A stretch of 64,000 nt of DNA from an uncultured Clostridia bacterium (GCA_947166925.1 CAMVGD010000003.1:2507-66506), one strand, 5' to 3'; shown: positions 42,123 to 52,399, counted from the first letter of the stretch. Numbers and translations: made by a program. The notes: a model not told the origin generated them from the sequence alone.

Positions 42123-43472
42123 TTATGCGTCTCCACGCGGCAGAAAGCTTTCCGGCAAATCCGGCGAAGACTCGCCGTAGTACAATGCGCCGTACCGGTA
42201 ATAGTCGGTCAGATCCATCCCCATAAACCGTATGAAATAGGTCTCGATCACATCGTTGCGCCGATGTGCATAGAAGGGGACGGGGTCGCTGTGCGCAAAG
42301 CCGTTGACCTCATAATCCAGTATCAGATAAAACGTGCGGAAGCACTCGTATTCCGCAAAGCAAGGATCGTGCAGGATCACGTCGATGTGCACCGTCTGAC
42401 CGGACTGAAAGTCGAGCGGCATCTGCAGATCCCAATAAAAATCGTTGATCGTATTGCCGCCGGCATTCTCGCGCCGCACATGGACGGCGTCGGGGCTGAT
42501 GTCCGAGCCGAAGATACGCATGCCGGTCACAGTCACGTCGTCGTGCCCGACCGTAAAGGACAGGGCATCCTTGAAAACCGCATAACCGCCGTCGAACGCA
42601 GAGCCTTCAAACGTCATCAGGCTGAAACTGTCCGAACGCAAGCCGTAGCCGTCTGGCTTCAGCTCCTTCGGCGTCGTGCTGTGGAAGCGCCATTCTCCGA
42701 ACGGGATTTCGGTTTTTCGGTCTCCGAGCGTCAGAATAAGACGGTCTGCCGATTCGTCGGTAAAGCGTCCCTGCGGGAGCAGCTCAACGCGGTATACGAA
42801 GAAGACCGGAATCCGGTCGTCGGAGAACGCATCACATGCATCGCGCCATGCGTCAAGCATTTTCTCGTACGCCTCGATCTGCTGCTCGCGCGCCTGCGTA
42901 TCCGGATCCATCACGGTCGGTTCTGTGATTGCACCGTACTGCCTGAAAAACCAGTCATAGTATTCCAGGATCTCTTTCTTAGCCGAACCGATCGTCTTCC
43001 AGTCCGCACCCTCGAGCATCATGACGTGCCGATCAAGGAAGCATCCGTCGTTGGCGGTCGCGCTTGCCTGTTCCGGATCGGCGTTCATCCGATAAACCGT
43101 GTGATACTGTTCGGTAAAGTCACGCACATCGACGTCGAAATGCATTCCGACCGGCAGATCGGCGCGGATGCCTGAAACGCCGATCGCATGCTTGCTGATG
43201 ATCCAGAAGTTCAGACCTCCCATGTACCAGTCCTCGTAGAAATCACAGTCCTGTCCGCCGAGAGAGACATAGATCTCGCCGTCGAAATACCCGTTGAATC
43301 CGGGCTGAAAAGCAGATGGCGCAAAGGTCTCTGCCGGCGTTGCGTTCGGCTCGGACGGCGTCGGCTCCGGCGTTTGCACCGGCGCCGCGGACGGCGCAGG
43401 CCCTTCCTTTGCACATGCCGACAGGAAGCAGAAAAGCAGCGAGAGAAGAACGATTGAGATCCGTTTCAGCAT
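42123..43472 (-). CDS. Lipoprotein of unknown function, first gene of the ABC operon
   Basis: Lipobox FLSAC followed by a Pro-rich linker. ATG 43472 lies 7 nt after AAGGAG. Confidence 0.6.
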   Translation of the reverse strand: MLKRISIVLLSLLFCFLSACAKEGPAPSAAPVQTPEPTPSEPNATPAETFAPSAFQPGFNGYFDGEIYVSLGGQDCDFYEDWYMGGLNFWIISKHAIGVSGIRADLPVGMHFDVDVRDFTEQYHTVYRMNADPEQASATANDGCFLDRHVMMLEGADWKTIGSAKKEILEYYDWFFRQYGAITEPTVMDPDTQAREQQIEAYEKMLDAWRDACDAFSDDRIPVFFVYRVELLPQGRFTDESADRLILTLGDRKTEIPFGEWRFHSTTPKELKPDGYGLRSDSFSLMTFEGSAFDGGYAVFKDALSFTVGHDDVTVTGMRIFGSDISPDAVHVRRENAGGNTINDFYWDLQMPLDFQSGQTVHIDVILHDPCFAEYECFRTFYLILDYEVNGFAHSDPVPFYAHRRNDVIETYFIRFMGMDLTDYYRYGALYYGESSPDLPESFLPRGDA

Positions 43473-43579
43473 ATCCATACTCCTTTGCGGTGATCCTCGG
43501 ACAAGACTACTCTAACAGAACCTGCAGCGGCATGCAATCCTTCTGACGTGATCGGCCGCAATTCCGCCGTATCCGGCAC

Positions 43580-43609
43580 TTGCCACGCGCGCAGGGAATG
43601 GGGTATAAT
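43580..43609 (+). promoter_or_regulatory. Putative sigma-A promoter for the LytTR two-component operon
   Basis: TTGCCA-18 nt-TATAAT. Confidence 0.55.
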
Positions 43610-43637
43610 CATATTGGGAGTATTTGGGGAGGTTCGG

Positions 43638-44336
43638 ATGCGAATAGCGGTTTGCGACGACGATCTGCATACGGTTCAGACCATTACGGCGATGCTGAAG
43701 GAATACGACGGCAGCGCTGCGATCGACGGCTTCCTTTCCGCAGCCGCGCTTTTGGAACATGCAAAAACCGCGACGTATGACGCCGTTTTTCTGGATATAG
43801 AAATGCCTGCGCCGAACGGATACGACGCTGCCAAAACGCTGACCGCCGCTGAAAAGCATCCTTTGATCGTGTTTGTGACGCATACGAGCGCATATGCCGT
43901 ACGCGGCTACGGAGTTGCGTTCCGGTATCTTCTGAAGCCGATCTCGACGGACGCCGTAAGGGAGACGATGCAAGCCGTCGAGGAGGAGCTGCGATCATAC
44001 CGGATCACAGTTTCGTTTGACGGAACCGCGTATGTGCTGGACGTGCGCCGGATTTTGTATGCGGAGGTTTTGAATCACACGACGATACTGCATATGCAGG
44101 ATGAAAATCTGACGTTCCGCGCTGCGCTCAAGGAGCTTCAGACACAGCTGCCGGCACGCTGCTTCGGCGCGCCGCACCAAAGCTATCTTGTGAATCTGCA
44201 GCATATCCGTTCTGCAAATCCGCAGGATATCGTCATGGTGAACGGCGATCGCATTCCGGTCAGCAGGAGACGGAGGAAGGCGTTTTTGCAGCAATTTCAC
44301 GCCTATCTCGGAGGTACCCCGTGCGGTATGTGCTGA
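43638..44336 (+). CDS. LytR/AlgR-family response regulator (REC + LytTR DNA-binding domain)
   Basis: Receiver MRIAVCDDD...DAVFLDIEMP. C-terminal LytTR pattern (ILYAEVLNHTTILHM...HQSYLVNLQHI). Confidence 0.85.
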   Translation: MRIAVCDDDLHTVQTITAMLKEYDGSAAIDGFLSAAALLEHAKTATYDAVFLDIEMPAPNGYDAAKTLTAAEKHPLIVFVTHTSAYAVRGYGVAFRYLLKPISTDAVRETMQAVEEELRSYRITVSFDGTAYVLDVRRILYAEVLNHTTILHMQDENLTFRAALKELQTQLPARCFGAPHQSYLVNLQHIRSANPQDIVMVNGDRIPVSRRRRKAFLQQFHAYLGGTPCGMC

Positions 44337-45208
44337 TTGCCGCCATGGCGCTGAACATCGTGCTGCTCCTTCTGCCGACGGTCGTATATCTGCGCGGACC
44401 GAGGGAGATCGGCGGCCGCTTCAGGCTCTTTCTGCCGATCCCGCTGTGCTTTGCCGCTGCAGGGATCCTCGCCTTTGAGGTGTTTCGAAGAAACGATTCC
44501 GGTCCGCTCGCGGTTCTTCTGCTGCTGTGGCTCATCTACTGCGGCGGGATCACGGCCCTGACCGTGCACAGACTGAAACGCGCGCAGACCGCATTCCGGG
44601 AACAGCGGATGGTTGAACGGCATTTCTCGGAGCGGGAGCAGTATTATGACGAGCTGGTTGAAAAACAAGAGCAGACGAAAGCGCTTTGGCATGATATGGC
44701 CAAATATCTGAAAGCGGCAGAAACAGAGAGCGGCGGCAGTCCCGCGGTCGAACAGGCGCAGCGTGTACTGACGGAGGCGACCGACCTTGTCGATGTCGGA
44801 AACCGCGTGCTGAATGTGATCCTGAATGAATACCGTGTACGGGCCAAGGCGAATCATGTCAGACTGGAGCTGCACGTGCAGGTCCCGGAAACGCTGTTCG
44901 TATCGGTCGCCGACCTCTATATCCTGCTCGGAAACACAATGGACAACGCGATTGACGCCTGTGCCGCGGTCCCGATGGAGGATCGGCTGATCCGGCTGTC
45001 GATGCAGCAAAAGCACAGTGTCCTGTTTTACCGGATATCGAATCCGTACGAAAAGGGAACGGCAGGGAAAAGGCAGGGGATCCACGGCTACGGACTGAAA
45101 AATGTCCGCGCCTGCGCAAAGCGGTATGGCGGCGCGATCGAAATCTCCGACGAAAACGGATGGTTTTGCGTATCCGCGCATCTGAATGCGCCGGACTTGC
45201 ACGAGTGA
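44321..45208 (+). CDS. AgrC/HPK10-like membrane histidine kinase (GHKL ATPase)
   Basis: 3-4 TM helices, H-box LWHDMAKYL, N-box GNTMDNAIDA, G-box GYGLKNV. GTG start after GGAGG. Overlaps the RR gene. Confidence 0.75.
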   Translation: MRYVLIAAMALNIVLLLLPTVVYLRGPREIGGRFRLFLPIPLCFAAAGILAFEVFRRNDSGPLAVLLLLWLIYCGGITALTVHRLKRAQTAFREQRMVERHFSEREQYYDELVEKQEQTKALWHDMAKYLKAAETESGGSPAVEQAQRVLTEATDLVDVGNRVLNVILNEYRVRAKANHVRLELHVQVPETLFVSVADLYILLGNTMDNAIDACAAVPMEDRLIRLSMQQKHSVLFYRISNPYEKGTAGKRQGIHGYGLKNVRACAKRYGGAIEISDENGWFCVSAHLNAPDLHE

Positions 45209-45234
45209 ACCGCCCTCTGCGGAACGGACGATAC

Positions 45235-45269
45235 AAAAAACGGAGCGATCCGATCGGGTCGCTCCGTTT
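45235..45269. terminator. Bidirectional terminator between the convergent kinase and alr genes
   Basis: aaaaaa-cggagcga-N10-tcgctccg-ttt. Confidence 0.75.
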
Positions 45270-45280
45270 GGCAAATGCCG

Positions 45281-46396
45281 TTATTTTTCGTAGATGCGCG
45301 GGACGCGGTCGTTGAAGGAGAGCAGGATCTCGTATGAGATCGTATCCGCTTTGTCCGCAAGCTCGTCCGCGGTGATCATTTCGTTGCCCTGACGACCGAT
45401 CAGCACGGCTTCGTCGCCGATCGCGACGCCCGGCACCTCGGATACGTCGACCATCATCTGGTCCATGCAGATCGTTCCGATCTGCGGACAGCGGATCCCG
45501 CCGATCAGCACGTCCGTTTTGCCGGTGAGACAGCGCTTGTATCCGTCGCCGTAACCGATGGGCAGCGTTGCGACCTTCGTGGGACGGGAGGCGATGAACC
45601 TGAGGCCGTAGCTGACGCCTTCGCCCGCAGGGATCGTTTTCAGATTGCTGATGTACGTGATCAGCGACATGACCGGCGTCAGACCGCTGCCGGGGCTGCG
45701 CTTTGCGTCCGGATGGTAGCCGTAGAGCGCGATGCCGAACCGGACCATATCATACTGCAGCTCCGGGAAATCGAGCGTCGCCGCGGAGTTTGCGGCGTGC
45801 ACGATCGGATGATAGCCGCGCGCATGGATCCTTGCGACGAACGCGTCGAACCGCTTCGCCTGCAGATGCGTGAATTCCGGATCGGATTCGGACTTGGCAA
45901 AGTGTGTGAATACGCCGTCCATCGAAACGTGCGGGCATTCGTCGAACGCGTCCAGAAGCTCCTCCAGCATGGCGTCGTCCGTGACGCCGATGCGGTGCAT
46001 GCCGGTATCCAGCTTGATATGCACATGCGCGATCTTGCCGGAGGCGATCGCATAACGCTCGAAGGCGCGGACCTGCTTTGCGGTGAACACGGCGGAGGTC
46101 AGCTCGTAGCCGACGACGGCCGGAATGTGATCGGGATCGGTAACGCCGAGGATCAGGATCGGAAGCGTAACGCCGTTCGTACGCAGGCGCACGCCCTCCT
46201 CCGGAATGGCGACGGCGAGCATATCGACGAGACCGGATCGCTCCAGGTATTCGCCAACGGTGGTGATGCCGTGACCGTAGGCGTTCGCTTTGATGACCGC
46301 CATGAATTTTGTGTCGGGTTTCAGCCTGCGCTTGGCAAGCCGGATGTTTTTCAGAAATGCGGGCAGATGAACGACCGCATGAGTACTGCGAAGCAT
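45281..46396 (-). CDS. alr: Alanine racemase
   Basis: PLP-lysine motif AVIKANAYGHG and C-terminal ICMDQMMVDV block. Confidence 0.9.
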   Translation of the reverse strand: MLRSTHAVVHLPAFLKNIRLAKRRLKPDTKFMAVIKANAYGHGITTVGEYLERSGLVDMLAVAIPEEGVRLRTNGVTLPILILGVTDPDHIPAVVGYELTSAVFTAKQVRAFERYAIASGKIAHVHIKLDTGMHRIGVTDDAMLEELLDAFDECPHVSMDGVFTHFAKSESDPEFTHLQAKRFDAFVARIHARGYHPIVHAANSAATLDFPELQYDMVRFGIALYGYHPDAKRSPGSGLTPVMSLITYISNLKTIPAGEGVSYGLRFIASRPTKVATLPIGYGDGYKRCLTGKTDVLIGGIRCPQIGTICMDQMMVDVSEVPGVAIGDEAVLIGRQGNEMITADELADKADTISYEILLSFNDRVPRIYEK

Positions 46397-46532
46397 GCAA
46401 TAAACCCCCCTATTACCGAAAAAGATTCTACAAGAATGCATATAAAAAGTCAATTCATTTTCGTCGGATTTGACCGAAATTTTACCCGGACATAATATAT
46501 CGAAAAAATGTTAACAAATTATTTAAAAACTA

Positions 46533-46561
46533 TTGCAATTTCTATACCTTGGTGCTAAAAT
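46533..46561 (+). promoter_or_regulatory. Putative sigma-A promoter (extended -10) for rsmD-coaD
   Basis: TTGCAA-17 nt (ending TGc)-TAAAAT. Confidence 0.6.
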
Positions 46562-46592
46562 GGGATACACAATACAAGATATAGGGGTTTCT

Positions 46593-47153
46593 ATGGTCAG
46601 AATCATAGCGGGCACCGCTCGCGGACGAAAGCTCGAAACGCTCGAGGGCATGGAAACCCGGCCGACGCTGGACCGCGTGAAGGAGGCTGTTTTCGGATCC
46701 CTGCAGTTTCGGATCCCGTATGCAGCGGTGCTGGATCTGTTTGCGGGAAGCGGCAATCTCGGATTGGAAGCTGCGTCGCGCGGCGCAAAACGCGTCGTTT
46801 TGAACGACCGCAATCCGGCATGTATTGCGATCATTCGCCGGAACATCGAGACGCTCGGGTTTTCCGGGGTCGCAAGGACGATGAACCTGGACTATGCGTC
46901 GGCGATCGATCGGCTTTCGGAGGAAGGCGAAGCGTTCGACATGGCGTTTTTGGATCCGCCGTATCGGGAGGGACTTTCCGAAGACGCGGTCAGAAGGCTT
47001 TTCGGATCGCATCTGATCCTTCCGGGCGGGATCGTTGTGCTCGAACACGCGGCGGATCTTCCGCCGAAGGAGGAGCCGGGCATATACCGCATCAAGCGGA
47101 CCAAGCGGTTCGGCAAATGCGGATATTCACTCATCGAGGAGGACAGAGAATGA
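46593..47153 (+). CDS. rsmD: 16S rRNA (guanine966-N2)-methyltransferase RsmD
   Basis: RIIAGTARGRKL, DLFAGSGNLGLEA, DPPY. Confidence 0.85.
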   Translation: MVRIIAGTARGRKLETLEGMETRPTLDRVKEAVFGSLQFRIPYAAVLDLFAGSGNLGLEAASRGAKRVVLNDRNPACIAIIRRNIETLGFSGVARTMNLDYASAIDRLSEEGEAFDMAFLDPPYREGLSEDAVRRLFGSHLILPGGIVVLEHAADLPPKEEPGIYRIKRTKRFGKCGYSLIEEDRE

Positions 47154-47641
47154 AGATCGGCGTGTATCCCGGCAGCTTCGATCCGTTTACGATCGGACAT
47201 CTCGACATTCTCAGGAACGCTGCGGGACTGTTCGACACCGTGTATGTCGCGGTGCTGAACAACAGCGCAAAGAAGCCGGTGTTCTCAGTCGACGAGCGCG
47301 TGGAAATGCTGGAGCGCATCATCGCCGAGGAAGGGTTTTCAAACGTCCGGGCGGCATCGTTCGGCGGACTGCTTGTCGATTATGCAAAGCAGATCGGCGC
47401 GCAGTACATCATCAGAGGCTTGCGGGCGATCACGGATTTCGAATACGAATTCCAGATCGACGCCGTAAACCGGCACCTGGATCCGGAGATCCGCACGGTG
47501 TATTTTATGGCAAATCCCGCGCATTCGTTCCTTTCGAGCTCGAATGTGCGTGAGATCGGAGAAATGGGCGGTTCCATCAAAGAACTTGTACCGCATTGCA
47601 ATTATCATTATTTACGGGAAAGGTTGGCAAGGCAGAAATGA
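47150..47641 (+). CDS. coaD: Pantetheine-phosphate adenylyltransferase
   Basis: YPGSFDPFTIGHLDI, ISSSNVRE-type block (LSSSNVREI). ATGA overlap with rsmD. Confidence 0.9.
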   Translation: MKIGVYPGSFDPFTIGHLDILRNAAGLFDTVYVAVLNNSAKKPVFSVDERVEMLERIIAEEGFSNVRAASFGGLLVDYAKQIGAQYIIRGLRAITDFEYEFQIDAVNRHLDPEIRTVYFMANPAHSFLSSSNVREIGEMGGSIKELVPHCNYHYLRERLARQK

Positions 47642-48537
47642 ACGGCGTACAGACTATGAAGATCTTCAGTATCCTCTCGAAGATCGAACAATTGGTGGCG
47701 GACAGTCCGAAACCGAGATTCAACAATGCGGGCAATCGCCGCATCGTCGACGAGGACGAGCTTTTGGCGCTCCTCGACGATCTCAAGGCGACGATCCCCG
47801 AGGATATTCGCAGAGCTTCGGGCATCATTGCGGAGAAGGAGAACACGCTTCGCGATGCAAACGAGCAGGCGGATCAGATCGTTTCGGACGCGCAGAAGGA
47901 CGCGGACGAGATGCGCAGTCAGGCGCAGCAGGCGGCGGCAGACGTTTATAATCAGGCGATCGCTGAGTACGAAGCTTTGGTCACGGAAAGCTCCGTCTAT
48001 CAGGCAGCGGTGAAACGCGCGGACGATCTTCGTCAGGCGGCGGAGGAAAACGCCGATTCGATCTGCAACGGCGCGCGCGCCTATGCCGACGATATCCTTG
48101 CCGATGTACAGCGTTATTTGAACGACTATATGAAGATGATCAACGGCAACCGTGAGGAGCTTGACGTTCGTCCGAGACCCGTTGCGCCGGATCTCCGCGT
48201 TCCGGAACCCGATCCCGCGCCGATCACGATCCCGACGCCCGAACCGCGCCGTCAGGAACCCGCGAGAAGACCGCAGGAGCAGCCGCAGCGCGCACCGCAG
48301 AAGCCGGTGAAGCCGGCGCCGCGCGCGGAGGAATACGAGGACGACGAGGAAGAAGACGAGGAGCCGGAACCGAAGAAGACGCGCAAGAAGGGCTTCTTTG
48401 CCCGCATGCTCGGCATCGAGGAAGTCGACGAGGACGAGGAGGATTACGACGAGGAAGAAGACGAGCGCCCCGCGCCCAAAAAGAAGCGCCGCAGCATCTT
48501 CTCCTTCTCCGACGACGAGGAAGAAGACGAAGAATAA
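47638..48537 (+). CDS. Coiled-coil protein with a long acidic/basic low-complexity tail
   Basis: ATGA overlap with coaD. Ala/Gln/Asp-rich helical N-terminal half. Tail EEYEDDEEEDEEPEPKK...DDEEEDEE. Confidence 0.55.
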   Translation: MNGVQTMKIFSILSKIEQLVADSPKPRFNNAGNRRIVDEDELLALLDDLKATIPEDIRRASGIIAEKENTLRDANEQADQIVSDAQKDADEMRSQAQQAAADVYNQAIAEYEALVTESSVYQAAVKRADDLRQAAEENADSICNGARAYADDILADVQRYLNDYMKMINGNREELDVRPRPVAPDLRVPEPDPAPITIPTPEPRRQEPARRPQEQPQRAPQKPVKPAPRAEEYEDDEEEDEEPEPKKTRKKGFFARMLGIEEVDEDEEDYDEEEDERPAPKKKRRSIFSFSDDEEEDEE

Positions 48538-48558
48538 GCCGTTCATACAGCATAGAAT

Positions 48559-48587
48559 CCGGGGGAGATCGCTCCCTCGGTTTTTTT
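48559..48587 (+). terminator. Rho-independent terminator
   Basis: ccggggga-N6-tccctcgg followed by TTTTTTT. Confidence 0.8.
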
Positions 48588-48742
48588 CTTTCATGATTGC
48601 AGCAAATCGCGCCGGTCATACGTGTTATGGGTGAGTGTTGAAACACGGATGACGCCGCAGAAGTCAGACCAGGGCGAACGCAGGCAGGGCGCCTACGACC
48701 GGCAAGCCCCTCGACGAATGCGGCGACGCGAAAGGAGAGACA

Positions 48743-49258
48743 ATGGAGCAGAAAAACAAACAGGCGGCAAGCGACCGTGAGATCGTACGGATCGTTGAAA
48801 TGTATTCCGACATGCTGCTGCGTATCGCGCTGAACCGGGTGAACAGCATCGCTGAAGCGGAGGACGTCGTACAAACCGTGTTTGAGCGGCTGATCCGGCG
48901 CCGACCGCGGTTCGAAACGCGCGAGCACGAAAAGGCGTGGCTGATCAGAACCGCGATCCGCATCTGCATCGACGAAGCGCGAAGGGCAAGGAACCGCACG
49001 AGCGTTCCGCTGAACGAGGAGATCGCGGCGGCGTATTCGGAGGAGAGCTTCGAGCTTCTCGACACGGTGAGACAACTGCCGGAAAAGGATCGCGACGTTG
49101 TGTACCTTTACTATTATGAGGAATACACGACGGCGGAGATCGCAAAGCTCTTAGGAGAGCGGGAGAGTACGACGCGATCGAGACTGTCCCGCGCAAGGAA
49201 AAAGCTCAGGGCAATCATGGAAGGAGAAACAAATGAACAGATTTCTGAAAGGATATGA
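48743..49258 (+). CDS. ECF-type sigma-70 family sigma factor (paralog of 58363..58860)
   Basis: Shares EHEKAWLIRTA and VYLYYYEEYT.AEIA with the 58.4-kb sigma. Confidence 0.8.
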   Translation: MEQKNKQAASDREIVRIVEMYSDMLLRIALNRVNSIAEAEDVVQTVFERLIRRRPRFETREHEKAWLIRTAIRICIDEARRARNRTSVPLNEEIAAAYSEESFELLDTVRQLPEKDRDVVYLYYYEEYTTAEIAKLLGERESTTRSRLSRARKKLRAIMEGETNEQISERI

Positions 49259-50648
49259 CGATATTACCGCATCGGCGGCGTTCAAAAGCCGCATGGTGCG
49301 GACACTGCAGAACGAAACAAGGGGAGCGGAGCCGAAAACGGTCCGGCTCCCGATCAGGCGGCGCACGCTCGCGATCCTGATCGCGGCGGCGATCCTGGTC
49401 CTTGCAATCGGCACGGCGGCTGCGGCGACGATCATCGCAAAGAACTACTATTCACCGAGCTCATATCTGATGCACGACAAGGATGCACGCGAGCAGAATC
49501 AGAATGCCGTTCCCGACATCGAGGAAGTGATCGCGTCCGCCAAGCCGGAAACCGGCGAAACCCACTTCGTGATGCTGCCGGAGATGGAAGACGCCGCGGA
49601 GCTCAACGCGTGGCGGCAGAAGATGGGGCAGCCGGTCTATTCCGAGGAGGATTGGGGCTGGATCCGTGAGATCCGGCCGGAAATCGAAGAGGTGTTGGTC
49701 GACGAGAGCACGCTGGTGTTCAACGTGCGCCTCAACACCGATCACGGCATGCGCTTTTCCTATGCCCGTTCCGGGGATGGGCAATGGACGGACGCGCTGT
49801 GCGACGAGGCGTACTATACCGTTCTCGACACCGGCAGGACCGGCGAGTTGAATCCCGGGACGGGGATCAACCCGGATTCCGTTTCCGAAGACGGCGCAAC
49901 GCTCGGAACCGAATGCGATCTGGACGAACCGTTCCCGACCGAAGGGAAGGTCCGGATCACGATGACGATCGGCATCTACGACGCCAGAGTTGACGATATG
50001 GCGCATATCGGCTTGCTTGCGAACATCATCTATACCTTTGAGTTCGACGCCTCGGCAGGCGCGGACATCGCAGCGCCGATCGTGACCGAACGCGCATTGT
50101 CCGGCTCGACCGTGCTGACGCTGATCGACCGCAACGGATGCGAACACAACGAGCGCGTTTCGCTGGACGGCGTGGTGCTCGAAGAAACGCTGAGCTTCCG
50201 CAAGACCGGCGTCTACGTGACCTATCGGATCAAGTCCGCGCCGGAAGAATGGTTCAAGCCGCTTTACGAAGCTTCCATGCCCGGAGCGTATGTGGCTACC
50301 TATGCAAACGCATTCCTCGTCCAATGCAGCGATTCGGGCAGCCTTCCCGGCTTCCTGGTGACCTGCGCGCCGAAGGGCAGTACGGACGAGAACGAGGTTA
50401 TCATCCCGGGCAAACCCAATTCGATGGGACCCGATGAGTACACCTGCATCCTGCCGTTCTTCCCGTCGGATTACGAGCAGGTCAAGGCAGCGGGCTATGA
50501 ACTCCGCCTCGGCTTCCGCTGTGTCACCGCGTTCAACGACGAACCGGTCGGCGAAGACTGGGTCATGCCGGAAGGCGCGGGATTGGACGGCTACAACCTG
50601 ACCACAACCCTGCAGCCGATCGCATCGTTCGATCTCAAGCTGCCGTAA
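49233..50648 (+). CDS. Membrane-anchored putative anti-sigma factor (no zinc-finger motif) with a roughly 400-aa extracytoplasmic domain
   Basis: Overlaps the sigma gene by 26 nt. Short cytoplasmic N-terminus and TM LAILIAAAILVLAIGTAAAATII. Confidence 0.5.
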   Translation: MNRFLKGYDDITASAAFKSRMVRTLQNETRGAEPKTVRLPIRRRTLAILIAAAILVLAIGTAAAATIIAKNYYSPSSYLMHDKDAREQNQNAVPDIEEVIASAKPETGETHFVMLPEMEDAAELNAWRQKMGQPVYSEEDWGWIREIRPEIEEVLVDESTLVFNVRLNTDHGMRFSYARSGDGQWTDALCDEAYYTVLDTGRTGELNPGTGINPDSVSEDGATLGTECDLDEPFPTEGKVRITMTIGIYDARVDDMAHIGLLANIIYTFEFDASAGADIAAPIVTERALSGSTVLTLIDRNGCEHNERVSLDGVVLEETLSFRKTGVYVTYRIKSAPEEWFKPLYEASMPGAYVATYANAFLVQCSDSGSLPGFLVTCAPKGSTDENEVIIPGKPNSMGPDEYTCILPFFPSDYEQVKAAGYELRLGFRCVTAFNDEPVGEDWVMPEGAGLDGYNLTTTLQPIASFDLKLP

Positions 50649-50663
50649 CCCGAACGAAACAAA

Positions 50664-50688
50664 GCGCCGGAGGAGCGTCCTCCGGCGC
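50664..50688 (+). terminator. GC-rich hairpin (twin of 52409..52435)
   Basis: gcgccggagga-gcg-tcctccggcgc. Confidence 0.55.
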
Positions 50689-50791
50689 ATTTCATCAAAA
50701 TATGACAGTTCTGCAACAGTTCGGACATACGGATTCCGCAATTCTGTTGCATCCGCGTGATAGGATCTTTTCAGACCGAAAGGAGAATGGC

Positions 50792-52399
50792 ATGAAACGA
50801 TTGCTTTTACTGCTGCTTGCGGCGCTTCTGATTGCCGCCTGTCAGCCCACGCCGGAAACGGAGTTTATCGTCAACAAGGGCGATCAGAGCGCCATGATCG
50901 ACATGGCGCGGGGCGACGGGACCGACGTCGTGACGACAGACGGCGGTAAAGCCGGAAAAACACCGCAAACGCCCGATTACCGCGCAATGTACGGGATCCC
51001 GGAACGGATTACGGATTCTTTTACCGATCGGGAGGGCAAGGTGACCGTGCGCATCGACGCCCCGATCGAGGTCCCGACCGCGCCGCTGCCGATCGTGCGC
51101 GTGTTCGCCAAGGATTTCGATCAGGAGACCGTCGCGCGCATCTGGAACGTGCTGATCGGCGATACGCCGATGTTCGAGATCGTCGACGAGGAGAACCTGA
51201 ACCGCAGGACACGGATCAAGGAGGAGCTCGAATATCTCTATTCTCTGCTGGATGATCCGAAATTGATGGCTGCGAAGCTCTACACGTCCTCCGACGAGTT
51301 GCTGGAGGAGATCGCGGGCCTGCAGGCGGAATACAAAGCCGCTGAGGACGCAGCGCCGAAGAACGCCGAACGCGTGGACGGCACACTGCGGCGGCGCGGC
51401 GTCGGATTCTTCGATCAGCCGGATGTAACGACACGATCGGGGATCTGGGCGATCTCCGGGGACGGCAGCGTACGCTTCGAGGTAAATAACCCAATCGACA
51501 GCGACGAGCCGATCTACGAGTACGTCGACGGCGGTTGGAACGTGATCCGGAACGACAAGCGCGCGACGCTGCTCTACCGGCGCAGCTCTCCGGTTTCGGA
51601 TGTGAATACCGGATCGAGGCCGCTGTTCATTCCGTTCGGGATCGCCGTGTCGGAGGGCGATCCGCTTAGGGAGGAGGCAAAGGGATGTCTGTCCTATCCA
51701 CCGAAGGAAGCCGCGGACAAGGTGCGCGCGTTCCTTGCGCAGGCGGGGCTGTCGGACGAGTTCGAGGTCGCCTGTATCCGGCTCGAGAACAACGCGGGCA
51801 CACTGTACGAGCGCAACGGCGACGGAAGGGTGCCGAAGCCCACGCATTACGCCTATCACGTCGAGTGCGTGCGGACGGTGTCCGGCGCGCCGTGCTGCGT
51901 TTCCGAAGCGAACGTGCGCGAAAGCCGCGGCGGCGAGAGCACCAAGACAGCCTACGCGCCGAGCTGGTCGTATGAAAATATGCTCTTTTATCTTGACGAC
52001 GACGGGATCTACTGGTTCGGCTGGAGCACGCCGCTGTCCGTCGCCGATACGCTTACGACGTTCAGTCAGCTGAAACCGTTCGACGAGATCGTTTCGATCG
52101 TCAAAAACCGACTGCCGCTTCTATACGTCGAGGACGTGAACCGGCTGCTGGAGACAGCGGAGAACCCGCCCGCGCTGCCTGCAACGAATCTTTCGATCGA
52201 CCGCGTCACGCTGGGACTTTGGCGTATCGCCGAACAGGACAAGCTTGGGCAGGGGCTGCTGGTTCCCACGTACTGCTTCTACGGCACATTGCAGGGAATG
52301 TGGTCTCCGGATGAAACGCCGCGCGTGGAGTACGACGATCTGCTGTTCGTGATCAACGCGGTCGACGGCAGCATCATCGACCCGACAAAAGGCTATTGA
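50792..52399 (+). CDS. Lipoprotein, paralog family L (member L4)
   Basis: Lipobox LIAAC followed by QPTPETEFIVNKGD. C-terminus LLFVINAVDGSIIDP. Confidence 0.7.
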   Translation: MKRLLLLLLAALLIAACQPTPETEFIVNKGDQSAMIDMARGDGTDVVTTDGGKAGKTPQTPDYRAMYGIPERITDSFTDREGKVTVRIDAPIEVPTAPLPIVRVFAKDFDQETVARIWNVLIGDTPMFEIVDEENLNRRTRIKEELEYLYSLLDDPKLMAAKLYTSSDELLEEIAGLQAEYKAAEDAAPKNAERVDGTLRRRGVGFFDQPDVTTRSGIWAISGDGSVRFEVNNPIDSDEPIYEYVDGGWNVIRNDKRATLLYRRSSPVSDVNTGSRPLFIPFGIAVSEGDPLREEAKGCLSYPPKEAADKVRAFLAQAGLSDEFEVACIRLENNAGTLYERNGDGRVPKPTHYAYHVECVRTVSGAPCCVSEANVRESRGGESTKTAYAPSWSYENMLFYLDDDGIYWFGWSTPLSVADTLTTFSQLKPFDEIVSIVKNRLPLLYVEDVNRLLETAENPPALPATNLSIDRVTLGLWRIAEQDKLGQGLLVPTYCFYGTLQGMWSPDETPRVEYDDLLFVINAVDGSIIDPTKGY

